From the NCBI GenBank assembly GCA_041579655.1, contig JBFGFG010000001.1, positions 1 through 34,935 on the forward strand: 34,935 nt of DNA, read 5' to 3'. Shown here in pieces: positions 15,255 through 23,813 of the stretch. A program made the position numbers and the translations under genes. Under the pieces are notes generated by a model that was not told where the DNA came from, ran no database searches, and saw only the letters and a list, made by a program, of their open reading frames with translations. How positions within the stretch are numbered: position 1 is the stretch's first letter; every line of letters starts with the position of its first letter. This DNA is from Nitriliruptoraceae bacterium (lineage in GTDB: Bacteria; Actinomycetota; Nitriliruptoria; Nitriliruptorales; Nitriliruptoraceae).

Positions 15255-18221
15255 TCAGCGTGACCAGACGCGCTCGCCGGCGAGCAGTCGGTCCCGCATC
15301 GCGGCGCTGAGCGGCTCGTAGCGCCGGTCGGCGGGGTGCCACACCCATGCACGCTTCGCCGGCAGCCCCTGCTCGAGCAGCGGCCCGGCCAGCGGTCGGT
15401 ACCAGGTGGTGACCGGGATCTCGTCCACGATCCGTACGACGGTCGGGACGGATCCGGCGCTGAGGCGGTCGGTGACCGTTCGCCCGAGCCGTTCGAGGTC
15501 CAGCCCGTCGCACCCGGGCTCCAACGTGACCGCGACGGTCAGCACCACGCGCCCGGTTTCGGCCGGGACGCCGTACGCGACCGCGAGGTCAACGCCAGGA
15601 CACCACTGGACGGCGTCCTCGACGGCCGTGGTGGCGACGAAGCCGCCGTCGGTGCGCAGCAGCGACGACACCGCCCCCTGGAGGTGGTGCTGCCCGTCGG
15701 CCCCGACGGTGAACAGGTCGCCCGTGGAGCGCCAGGCGTCGCCGGCGGCGAACACGCTGCGCAGCGGGCTGGTGGAGACCGCACGGCTGTCGCTCGGCAC
15801 CCGCGCCAGCAGCAGCCCGATCTCGCCCGGGGCGCAGCGCGCCGCGAGCCCGTCCTCACCCACCACCAAACGTCGCGCCTCGAGGTCGTAGCGAGCGACC
15901 GCCACCTCGACCGAGCCGGGGATCGCGCGGCCCTTCGCCCCGACCCGGCGGCCGTCGAGGTTGGCCAGCACGGCCTGCCCCTCGGTGGAGGCGTAGAACT
16001 CCAGCACCGTCGCCGGCGCGAAGCGCTCCAGCACACGACGCCAGACGCTGACCGGCATGCCGCTGCCGAGGAACAGACGCACGGGGTGGTGTGCCTCGCG
16101 CGGGTCCGGCGGGGCGTTGACCAGGTCGCGGCACAGCGTCCAGGTGTAGGCCACCACGGTGACGCCGTAGCGCCGGACCTCGGTCCAGAACGTGTCCGGG
16201 TCGTGGTCGGCGGTCAGCGGGAGGCGGGCGCCACCGGCGATCGCGCCGCCGATCGCGGTCATCAGACCGGACGGGTGGTGCAGCGGGGTGATGCCGTAGA
16301 CGGTGTCGGACTCGGTGAGCGAGGCCGCGCTCGCGGTGCCCAGCGCGCTGAGCATCCAGCGGCGGTTGCTGATGCGGTTGGCGCGGGTGTTCTCGCCGGA
16401 GCCGGTGAACAGCACGAACGCGAGGTCGCTCGCACGGCCCGGGTCGGCCAGGTACCAGCCGGGGACCTCCACCACGTCGGGGTCGATGCGCTCCATGTCC
16501 AGCACGTCGGGACCGAGGTCACGCTGCTGGCCCCCGCCGCCGAGCACCAGCACCGGCACGCGCAGCGCGGCCACGGCGGCCGCCGCGTGCTCCGGGTCGC
16601 ACAGCACGCGCTGCACCGAGCCGAGCCGCGCCTCACGCTCGAGGTCACCGTCCGGCCGCAGCAGCACCGCGACGGCGCCGATGCGGCTGATCGCGGCGAT
16701 GGCCGCCAGCCCCGAGGGCCGGGTGTCCATCACGACGCCGACGTGCTCGCCCTGTCGCACGCCCACCGACAGCAGGCCGCGCACGACGTTGTCCACGCGG
16801 ACCGTGGCGTCGGCGTACGAGTAGCCGCGCCCCTCGAACAGGAAGAAGGTCGAGGACGGTCGGCTGCGTGCCTGCTCGGCCAGCAGCCGACCGAGCGAGA
16901 CGCGGGTGTCCGCGCCGACCCGCTCCAGCCGCAGGATGCGGGGCAGCGCCTCCGCGGCAGCGCCGGCGAGGTCCCCCGCCGAGCCGAGCGTGCGACCGAC
17001 CGTGGTCACCACCGAGCGGGCGAGGTCGAAGCCGAAGCCCGCGGCCATCGACGCGGTCTGCAGCGCGTCAGGCAGCCGAGCGTCCATCGGGTGCGCGCTC
17101 TCGGCCTCACCGGGGTCGCCGACCAGCTCGGGCATCGGCTCGCCGAGGTCGTGGTGCCGGATCCAGCCGGCGACGGTCGGCCAGGTGAGCTCCGCCGCGC
17201 GGCCGCCGACCACCAGCCCGAAGTGCCCGGTGCGCAGCAGCACCTCGTGGACGTCGGCGCCGGGCGCGGCGCGACCGATCGCGCGCACGGTCGACGGCGC
17301 GGCGATCTCGTCCACCTCACCGACGAAGGTCAGCACGGGGATGGTCATGTCCGACAGCGACACCATGCGGTCGCCGATGGTGAAGCCACCGGACAGCATG
17401 CGGTTGTGCTGGACGAACTGCTCGGCGAACTCAGCGAGCGCGGGGCCGGGCCAGGCGATGAAGCCCTCGCCGTCGAGGAAGCGACGCTGCGGCTCGCGGT
17501 CCAGCAGCGAGTCGCGGTCGTGCAGCTGCCGGATGAACGTCATGCGCGAGCGCACCGTCTTGACCGGGTCCAGCAGCTTGAAGCCGGTGCGGGTCATCCA
17601 CCCGGGCACGGCGGAGGACTCGAACACCGAGCGCACCAGCCGGGCGACGAGCTCGGTCGCCTGCTCCGACGGCAGCCCGAACGGCACGGCCCGGTGCACG
17701 TCCACCGGCGAGCCGAACGTCACCACCGACGCGATGCCCTCGCTGCGGCGGTACGCCGCCGCCTGGTAGCAGAACATCCCGCCCTGGGAGTAGCCGCCGA
17801 GGTGGACGTCGCGTCCCGTGGTCTCGCGCACGGAGTCCACGGCGAGGCTCACGGCCTCGACGTGGTCTGCAAGCGTGCGGTGCCTGCCGCCCTCGGCGTG
17901 CTCGGGGCTGCCGAAGTCCACCACCCACACGTCGAGGCCGAGCCCGTGCAGCGCCGCGACGGCCGAGGTGGCCGGCGACACGTCCCAGACCTCCGCGGTC
18001 AGCATCAGCGGTGGCACCAGCACCACGACCGGGGCGTCCGGCGCGAGGTCCGCCGGGAAGTAGCGGCGCAGCTGCGCGATGCCTGCCCGACCGACCACCC
18101 GGTGCGGCGCCGGCGCGAGGTCGGTGCGCAGCCCGCCGAAGCGCGCCACCTCCAACCCGTTCACGAGCGTGGCTCCGAGTCGTGAGACGGTGCGACGCAC
18201 CTGTGCCGGACCCATCGCCAC
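15255..18221 (-). CDS. bifunctional-type fusion: N-terminal alpha/beta hydrolase (lipase/PHA-synthase-like) + C-terminal adenylate-forming acyl-CoA synthetase-like domain (Rv1683-like)
   Basis: 988 aa. GGYSQGG nucleophile elbow in the first ~350 aa. Later adenylation-type motifs are FTGSGENTRAN (degenerate P-loop), YASTEGQ and STGDLF. GTG 18221 has GGGAG 6 nt upstream. Confidence 0.82.
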   Translation of the reverse strand: MAMGPAQVRRTVSRLGATLVNGLEVARFGGLRTDLAPAPHRVVGRAGIAQLRRYFPADLAPDAPVVVLVPPLMLTAEVWDVSPATSAVAALHGLGLDVWVVDFGSPEHAEGGRHRTLADHVEAVSLAVDSVRETTGRDVHLGGYSQGGMFCYQAAAYRRSEGIASVVTFGSPVDVHRAVPFGLPSEQATELVARLVRSVFESSAVPGWMTRTGFKLLDPVKTVRSRMTFIRQLHDRDSLLDREPQRRFLDGEGFIAWPGPALAEFAEQFVQHNRMLSGGFTIGDRMVSLSDMTIPVLTFVGEVDEIAAPSTVRAIGRAAPGADVHEVLLRTGHFGLVVGGRAAELTWPTVAGWIRHHDLGEPMPELVGDPGEAESAHPMDARLPDALQTASMAAGFGFDLARSVVTTVGRTLGSAGDLAGAAAEALPRILRLERVGADTRVSLGRLLAEQARSRPSSTFFLFEGRGYSYADATVRVDNVVRGLLSVGVRQGEHVGVVMDTRPSGLAAIAAISRIGAVAVLLRPDGDLEREARLGSVQRVLCDPEHAAAAVAALRVPVLVLGGGGQQRDLGPDVLDMERIDPDVVEVPGWYLADPGRASDLAFVLFTGSGENTRANRISNRRWMLSALGTASAASLTESDTVYGITPLHHPSGLMTAIGGAIAGGARLPLTADHDPDTFWTEVRRYGVTVVAYTWTLCRDLVNAPPDPREAHHPVRLFLGSGMPVSVWRRVLERFAPATVLEFYASTEGQAVLANLDGRRVGAKGRAIPGSVEVAVARYDLEARRLVVGEDGLAARCAPGEIGLLLARVPSDSRAVSTSPLRSVFAAGDAWRSTGDLFTVGADGQHHLQGAVSSLLRTDGGFVATTAVEDAVQWCPGVDLAVAYGVPAETGRVVLTVAVTLEPGCDGLDLERLGRTVTDRLSAGSVPTVVRIVDEIPVTTWYRPLAGPLLEQGLPAKRAWVWHPADRRYEPLSAAMRDRLLAGERVWSR

Positions 18222-18402
18222 GTTCCGCTCCCGTTGTGTCGCGCGCGCCGGAGGCTACTGGTGGGGGCGTGCGCCCCTCGCCGCCGCGACGTGCGGGAGC
18301 GGTCGTCACGGATCCGAGCACCCCCATCCGCCACGAGCGGTCGCACGACCACCTAACGTTCGTCGGCGGCGCACGGCTGACGAGTCGTCGCGCAAGGACC
18401 CG

Positions 18403-20385
18403 ATGGGGCGCACGATGGAACGCAGGCTGACACGACGCACCTTCCTCCAGCGAGGCGCCGCCCTGTCTGCGGCCACCTGGGGCGCGTCCGTGTGGGCGCC
18501 CGGCGTGGCGCAGGCCCGCGCACGCACGATGGCGATGTCCGCGTCCCCCGATGGCACGACCCTCGCCAGCGCGTTCGGACCGGCCGGGGACGGCGCGTAC
18601 GTCAAGCTGGTGGAGACCCCGGGCTGGCCGACGCTCGTGCGGGAGCTCAACACCCAGGCAGCGACCGGGCGCGACGTCACACGTCGCGCGATCGCGTCCA
18701 TCGTGCACCTCACCGACGTGCACGTCGTGGACGCCCAGAGCCCCGCTCGCGTGGAGTGGCTGGACCGGGACGCGGACCCACCGCAGGGCAGCGTCCCGTT
18801 CGACAGCGCCCACTGGGCCCAGGAGATGCTGTGCACACAGATCTCCGAGGCGATGAACCGGGCCGTGCGCGCCGTCGGCGGCGGCCCGATCACGGGACGC
18901 GCGTACGACGCCTGCGTCTCGACAGGCGACAACATCGACAACCAGCAGGCCAACGAGCTGGCGTGGTTCATGCAGCTGCTTGACGGCGGCAGCCAGCTGA
19001 CGCCGAACTCCGGCGACCTCACGCGCTACGAGGGCGTCCAGGACGACGACCCGACCACCTACGACCTGCACTACTGGCACCCCGAGGAGACGGGGAACAT
19101 CCAGGGGCCAGACCGCTACAAGACGCTGTTCGGGTTCCCGTCCATGCCCGGATTCTTCGAGTCGGCCATCACCCCGTTCCAGACCACCGGCATCGGCGTG
19201 CGCTGGTACTCGTGCTACGGCAACCACGATGGCCTGCTGCAAGGCAACATGCCAGCCAACCCCGTGCTCGAGGGCATCGCGACCGGGCCGGTGAAGGTGT
19301 TCAACCGACCCGCCGGGGTGACCGGCGCCGACATCATCGACGGGATCCAGGCGCAGGACCCCAACGCCCTCGCTGCTGCGTTCGCCGGCCCGGGCCGGCC
19401 GGTCACGGCCGATCCGCAGCGGAGCACCGTCTCGGTGCGGAGCTGGATCCAGGCGCACCTCGACTCGCCGTCCGCGCCGGGACCGTCGGGCCACGGCTAC
19501 ACCCAGGACGCGCTGGACTCGCTCGTCCTCTACTACACCTTCGAGATCGCCGAGGGAGTGCTCGGCATCTGCCTCGACACCGTCAACCGCGGCGGCTACG
19601 CCGACGGCTCCATCGGCGCCGCGCAGCTCGCGTGGCTGGAGTCCCAGCTCGTGGCCCACAGCCGTCGCTACGTCGACGCCGGCGGGACGGTGGTCGAGCA
19701 CGACGTCACGGACCACCTCGTGCTGTTGTTCAGCCACCACAACCTGCGGACCCTCAACAACCCCTTCCCGGACCCCGCGATCCCCGAGCAGCGCGCCCAG
19801 GGCCCCGCCGTCGAGGAGTTGCTGCACCGCTTCGGCAACGTCGTGGCGTGGGTCAACGGCCACAGCCACGTCAACCGCGTGACGCCGTACCCGGACCCCA
19901 CCAGCCAGACGTCGGGCTTCTGGGAGATCTCCACCGCAGCGCACATCGACTTCCCGCAGCAGAGCCGGCTGATCGAGCTGGTCGACAACGCGGACGGCAC
20001 GCTGTCGATCTTCGGCACGCTGGTGGACCACGCCGGACCGGCGTCCGCGGAGCTGTCCAGCGACGTGCTCGCGCTGGCCTCCATCGCGCGCGAGCTCGGC
20101 GTCAACGACCCGCAGCGAGGCGTCACGGCCGGGCTCGGTGAGCCGGAGGACCGCAACGTCGAGCTCGTGCTGCCCGTGCCGTTCGACCTCAGCGACGTCG
20201 GTGCACCGGTGACCGGCAACGCCACCGGCACGGGTGACGGCGGCAGGGACGACGACACCGGGTCTCTCGCGGCGACGGGCGGCGGCGCGCTCGGCGTGGC
20301 AGCGATCGCGCTCGCGTCCGCGGTCGCGCTGCGTGCTCGCGGTGGCACCGAACGCTCGGAAGTGACCACCCCCACCGCCGAGTGA
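18403..20385 (+). CDS. Tat-signal metallophosphoesterase (TIGR03767/PPA1498-like) with C-terminal LAxTG cell-wall sorting signal
   Basis: ATG 18403 follows AAGGA. Twin-arginine motif RRTFLQRGAA...AQA. Calcineurin-like motifs are DVHVVD, TGDNID, GNHD, FSHH and NGHSH. The C-terminus has LAATG (20266..20280), a hydrophobic helix and a RARGG tail. Confidence 0.85.
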   Translation: MGRTMERRLTRRTFLQRGAALSAATWGASVWAPGVAQARARTMAMSASPDGTTLASAFGPAGDGAYVKLVETPGWPTLVRELNTQAATGRDVTRRAIASIVHLTDVHVVDAQSPARVEWLDRDADPPQGSVPFDSAHWAQEMLCTQISEAMNRAVRAVGGGPITGRAYDACVSTGDNIDNQQANELAWFMQLLDGGSQLTPNSGDLTRYEGVQDDDPTTYDLHYWHPEETGNIQGPDRYKTLFGFPSMPGFFESAITPFQTTGIGVRWYSCYGNHDGLLQGNMPANPVLEGIATGPVKVFNRPAGVTGADIIDGIQAQDPNALAAAFAGPGRPVTADPQRSTVSVRSWIQAHLDSPSAPGPSGHGYTQDALDSLVLYYTFEIAEGVLGICLDTVNRGGYADGSIGAAQLAWLESQLVAHSRRYVDAGGTVVEHDVTDHLVLLFSHHNLRTLNNPFPDPAIPEQRAQGPAVEELLHRFGNVVAWVNGHSHVNRVTPYPDPTSQTSGFWEISTAAHIDFPQQSRLIELVDNADGTLSIFGTLVDHAGPASAELSSDVLALASIARELGVNDPQRGVTAGLGEPEDRNVELVLPVPFDLSDVGAPVTGNATGTGDGGRDDDTGSLAATGGGALGVAAIALASAVALRARGGTERSEVTTPTAE

Positions 20386-20517
20386 GCGTCGGCTACACAG
20401 CCGATGCGCGCGTCAAGCGCTCGCCATCGTCCACTATGTCTGATACGCCAGAAACTGAGATGGCGTCAGCGAGTCCTGCAGGTGACGCTCCTAGGTGAAC
20501 GCCACCGGGGGCCCGTC

Positions 20518-20775
20518 ATGACCAGCTACGACACGCACGGTTCGGACGGTGACGTCGAAGGCGGCGGCCCGTCGCCAACGGTCATCGCTGACGACGTCGA
20601 CGACCGCACGATCCACGCCGTCGCGGACTTCCTCGGCAACGGTTCCACGACTGCGGCGCAGGACACCAACCGCGCCCAGCTCCGCGCGGCGCTGCAGCAC
20701 ATGGAGCAGACCCGCGACCATGACGGACTCGAAGCCGAGCCGGCCTCGACCGAACAGGTCCACCAGGAGCGCTGA
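20518..20775 (+). CDS. small acidic hypothetical protein (85 aa)
   Basis: Internal ATG of track ORF 20404..20775. Third positions are mostly G/C from 20518 onward, but the upstream part is lower-GC and looks non-coding. Weak RBS. The stop lies 3 nt from the convergent S8 stop. Confidence 0.4.
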   Translation: MTSYDTHGSDGDVEGGGPSPTVIADDVDDRTIHAVADFLGNGSTTAAQDTNRAQLRAALQHMEQTRDHDGLEAEPASTEQVHQER

Positions 20776-20778
20776 GCG

Positions 20779-23673
20779 TCAGCCGTTGAGCCGAACGCCG
20801 GCACACGTGTTGCTCTGACAGCCCCGGCGTTGCCAGTCGGTGACGGTCAGCCCGGCGAGCGGGCCACCGGTCATCCGGTCCAGCCGCATGCCGTCGCTCG
20901 TCTCGAACGGCTCGCCTGCGGTCAGGCCGCCGTCCTGCGCGCCGGGTGCCGGCGTGCCACCGCCCTCGGGCGGGACGTCGCCGCCGCCACCCTCACCGGG
21001 CAGCGGTGCCGGCTCGTCGCCGCCACCCCCACCGCCGCCGCCACCACCGCCACCGCCGCCGTTCGCCGCCGCGGTGTAGGTGTACGCCTGGGCGTACGCG
21101 ACGTGCTGCGCGCGCCCTTCGTACACCGTGACGTCCTTCGCACCGGCGGTCGAGGCCCGGGTGACGATGCCGAGCGCCCACGAGGTGACCATCGACGGCT
21201 GGTGGATCGTGTCGCCGATGTGGACGTAGTACGACTTCGCCGCGTCGAACTCACCCTCGATCGTGACCCACTGGCCACCCGAGTCCGGACCCGATGACGG
21301 GCTGACGTAGCTGGGTGCTGCCGGCTGGCCTCCGCCGGAGCCACCCCCGCCGGTCGAGCCACCGCCACCTGCGGATCCGCCGTCGCCGGCCGACCCACCG
21401 CCGCCGGTCGACCCGCCCCCGCCACCGGGCGGGGTGATCACGATGCCGTCGCCGCTACCGCCACCGCCCGTGTCGCCACCAGGAGTGCCGCCGCCACCCG
21501 TGCCGCCACCACCCGTGCCACCGTCGTTCGCGCCGCCACCGGTGGAGTCGCCGCCCGAGCCACCGCCGGATCCGCCACTCGGCGGGGTGATCACGACGCC
21601 GTCGCCGCCACCGCCGCTCGACCCGTCGCCACCGCCGACACCCGGCAGGCCGCCGCCGTCGCCGGTCGTCTCGCCACCGCCACCGTCGGGGGGACCGCCA
21701 CCGTCGCCGGAGCCGCCCCCAACGCCGCCACCCCAACCGGGCTCGTCGACATCACCGACCGTGAAGAACGCAGCGATCGGGTCCAGCACCGCGCCGTCGG
21801 AGGTCGTCGCGCCCAGCGCCAGCACGTAGCGACCTGCCGGCAGGTCGACGTCCAGCGCGAGGGTCAACGACCCCTCGGAGAGCGCCGCGCGCTCCTCGTC
21901 GGTCAGGCCCTCGACGGCGACACGCCCGACCTCGTCGGTGACCGTCGCGCTGGTCACCCCGGCGCGGGTGAGCGTCACGTCGCGCTCGACCACGGCGTGG
22001 ATGCTGCCCTCGTACAGCCGCGCGAGCTGCAGCTCGAGCTGGACGCCGGAGGCGACCGCGCCCCGCAGCCGTGCCGTGACCCGCGCGTCCACGAGCCCCG
22101 GGTCGCGCTGCGCGATGCCCGAGAACGAACCGCTCAGCTGGCCGAGCACCTCGGTGCCGGACAGGCCGTACGGCGCGAACGCCCGACCGTCGGTCGCGGC
22201 GCGACCGGCGTACACGGCGTCCGTGACCACGGCGTCCAGCAGGTGCGAGCGCACCGTCGCCGCGTCCGTGGTGCCCCACGACTGCGCCGTCACCGCGGCC
22301 ATCGCCGCGACCATCGGAGCCGCCATCGAGGTGCCGGAGAGGTAGCCCCAGGTGTCGCCGGGCAGCGTGGAGAGGATGTGCTCGCCGGGCGCGAACAGGT
22401 CGACCGAGCTGCGCCCGTAGTTGGACCAGCTCGACACGGCGCCGTCCACGGCGTGGCTGCCGACCGAGATGATGTTGCCCAGCGGGTAGGACGCGGGGAA
22501 GGTCGGGCTCGCGTCGTTGTCCTTGCCGTCGTTGCCCGAGGCGATCACCGCGAGCACGCCGGCTGCCTCGGCACGGCGCAGCGCCGCCTCCATCGACGGC
22601 GTCGAGGACGGACCGCCCAGCGACATGTTGATGATGTCGGCGCCGTTGGCCACGGCGTAGTCGATCGCTGCGGTGATGCGGGTGGTCGGGGCGGAGCCGC
22701 CCTGGAACACCTTCAGCGGCATGATCGTCGCACCGGACGCGAGCGCGGCCACGCCCACGCCGTTGCCGGACGCCGCAGCGACGATGCCAGCCACGTGGGT
22801 GCCGTGCTGGTTGTCCACGCCGAGGTCGTACGCGGTGCCGTCGCCGTTGACGAAGTCCCAGCCGTGGCAGTCGTCGACGTACCCGTTGCCGTCGTCGTCG
22901 CGGCCGTCGCCGCACGTCTCGTCGGTGTTGGTCCAGAAGCGACCAGCGAGGTCCGGGTGGTCCATCTGGATGCCGGAGTCGATGATCGCCACGACCACGC
23001 CTGCCCCGGTGGCCTGCGCGAGGGTCTCCTCGAAGCCGATGTCGATGCCGGCCACGCCCTGACGACCGCGCATCTGCTGGCCGGTGTTCTCCAGGCCCCA
23101 CTGGCTGCCGAGGTGCGGATCGTCCGACACCGTCTGCGTGACCAGCCCGACGAGGTTGACGTCGACGACACCCTCGATCGCGCGCAGCTCGGTGTCGGTC
23201 AGCGAGGTGCCGACGAGCTCGTAGCGGTTGCCCGAGACGGGGTTGACCTCCTCGACCCCGAGCCCGAGCACGGCGAACGCGTCGGTCACGGCCGCGTGCA
23301 CGGCGACGATGTCCTGCCCGGTGCCGGACACCACGGGTCGTGGCAGCGGTTGCCCGCGAAGCCCTCCCCAGCCGACCAGGGCGAGGTCGTGCAGCAGCCG
23401 ACCGTCGCCGCTGCGCAGCACCGGGGCCGGCGCCGCGAGCGTGCCGGCGGCGCGGCGCGCCTCGTCCGCCGCACCGAGCAGCAGCGCGTGGTCGACGGCC
23501 ACCTCGAAGCGCTCGCGCAGGTCCATGCCGTCCACCGGCGGGACCTCCCCGACGCCGTACATCTCCACCACCGGGAACCGGTCCGTCGTGGGCAGCCCCA
23601 GCACGCTGCCGCCGACGAGGCTCGCCGCAGCGATCATCGCGGTGACGCCCACGGCGTACACACGAGTCCCCAC
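20779..23673 (-). CDS. S8 (subtilisin-like) serine peptidase, N-terminal membrane anchor, Gly-rich linker, IPT/TIG-like domain, poly-Gly, C-terminal two-Cys module
   Basis: Catalytic motifs AIIDSG (Asp), HGTHVAG (His), ASGNDG and SGTSMAAP (Ser), with a DDDGNGYVDD Ca-loop-like insert. GTG 23673 has AAGGAG exactly 5 nt upstream (the track start 23697 lacks an RBS). Confidence 0.88.
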   Translation of the reverse strand: MGTRVYAVGVTAMIAAASLVGGSVLGLPTTDRFPVVEMYGVGEVPPVDGMDLRERFEVAVDHALLLGAADEARRAAGTLAAPAPVLRSGDGRLLHDLALVGWGGLRGQPLPRPVVSGTGQDIVAVHAAVTDAFAVLGLGVEEVNPVSGNRYELVGTSLTDTELRAIEGVVDVNLVGLVTQTVSDDPHLGSQWGLENTGQQMRGRQGVAGIDIGFEETLAQATGAGVVVAIIDSGIQMDHPDLAGRFWTNTDETCGDGRDDDGNGYVDDCHGWDFVNGDGTAYDLGVDNQHGTHVAGIVAAASGNGVGVAALASGATIMPLKVFQGGSAPTTRITAAIDYAVANGADIINMSLGGPSSTPSMEAALRRAEAAGVLAVIASGNDGKDNDASPTFPASYPLGNIISVGSHAVDGAVSSWSNYGRSSVDLFAPGEHILSTLPGDTWGYLSGTSMAAPMVAAMAAVTAQSWGTTDAATVRSHLLDAVVTDAVYAGRAATDGRAFAPYGLSGTEVLGQLSGSFSGIAQRDPGLVDARVTARLRGAVASGVQLELQLARLYEGSIHAVVERDVTLTRAGVTSATVTDEVGRVAVEGLTDEERAALSEGSLTLALDVDLPAGRYVLALGATTSDGAVLDPIAAFFTVGDVDEPGWGGGVGGGSGDGGGPPDGGGGETTGDGGGLPGVGGGDGSSGGGGDGVVITPPSGGSGGGSGGDSTGGGANDGGTGGGGTGGGGTPGGDTGGGGSGDGIVITPPGGGGGSTGGGGSAGDGGSAGGGGSTGGGGSGGGQPAAPSYVSPSSGPDSGGQWVTIEGEFDAAKSYYVHIGDTIHQPSMVTSWALGIVTRASTAGAKDVTVYEGRAQHVAYAQAYTYTAAANGGGGGGGGGGGGGGDEPAPLPGEGGGGDVPPEGGGTPAPGAQDGGLTAGEPFETSDGMRLDRMTGGPLAGLTVTDWQRRGCQSNTCAGVRLNG

Positions 23674-23813
23674 GACCGCTCCTTGGTCCGATGTCACAGC
23701 CCCGTCCTGGGTCTGCGTGTCCTGCCTGACGTCCTGTCGGCGTGCGCACGAGTCGCATCACCCCTGATGGTCGACCGGAGTCGTCCAGCCCTTGAGCCGG
23801 CGTGCGCCCGCCC

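Noticed and set aside
15336-18185. Very long ORFs on the opposite strand or in alternative frames of real genes. Examples: 949 aa at 15336..18185 (+), 866 aa at 17431..20031 (-), 832 aa at 4360..6858 (+), 742 aa at 27533..29761 (+), 750 aa at 246..2498 (+), 745 aa at 31807..34044 (+), 669 aa at 21752..23761 (-).
   Set aside because: Their translations are Arg/Ala/Gly/Pro-rich with no motifs. They mirror genes that do have clear family signatures. Stop codons are rare in DNA above 70% GC, so they are compositional artefacts.
21434-21829. Pro-rich ORFs (131 aa at 21434..21829 +; 210 aa at 24415..25047 +) that look like extensin or PPE-like proteins.
   Set aside because: They are the antisense reading of the Gly-rich (GGN, read as NCC) and Pro/Gly-rich linkers of the S8 genes. 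They have no RBS or independent coding signal.
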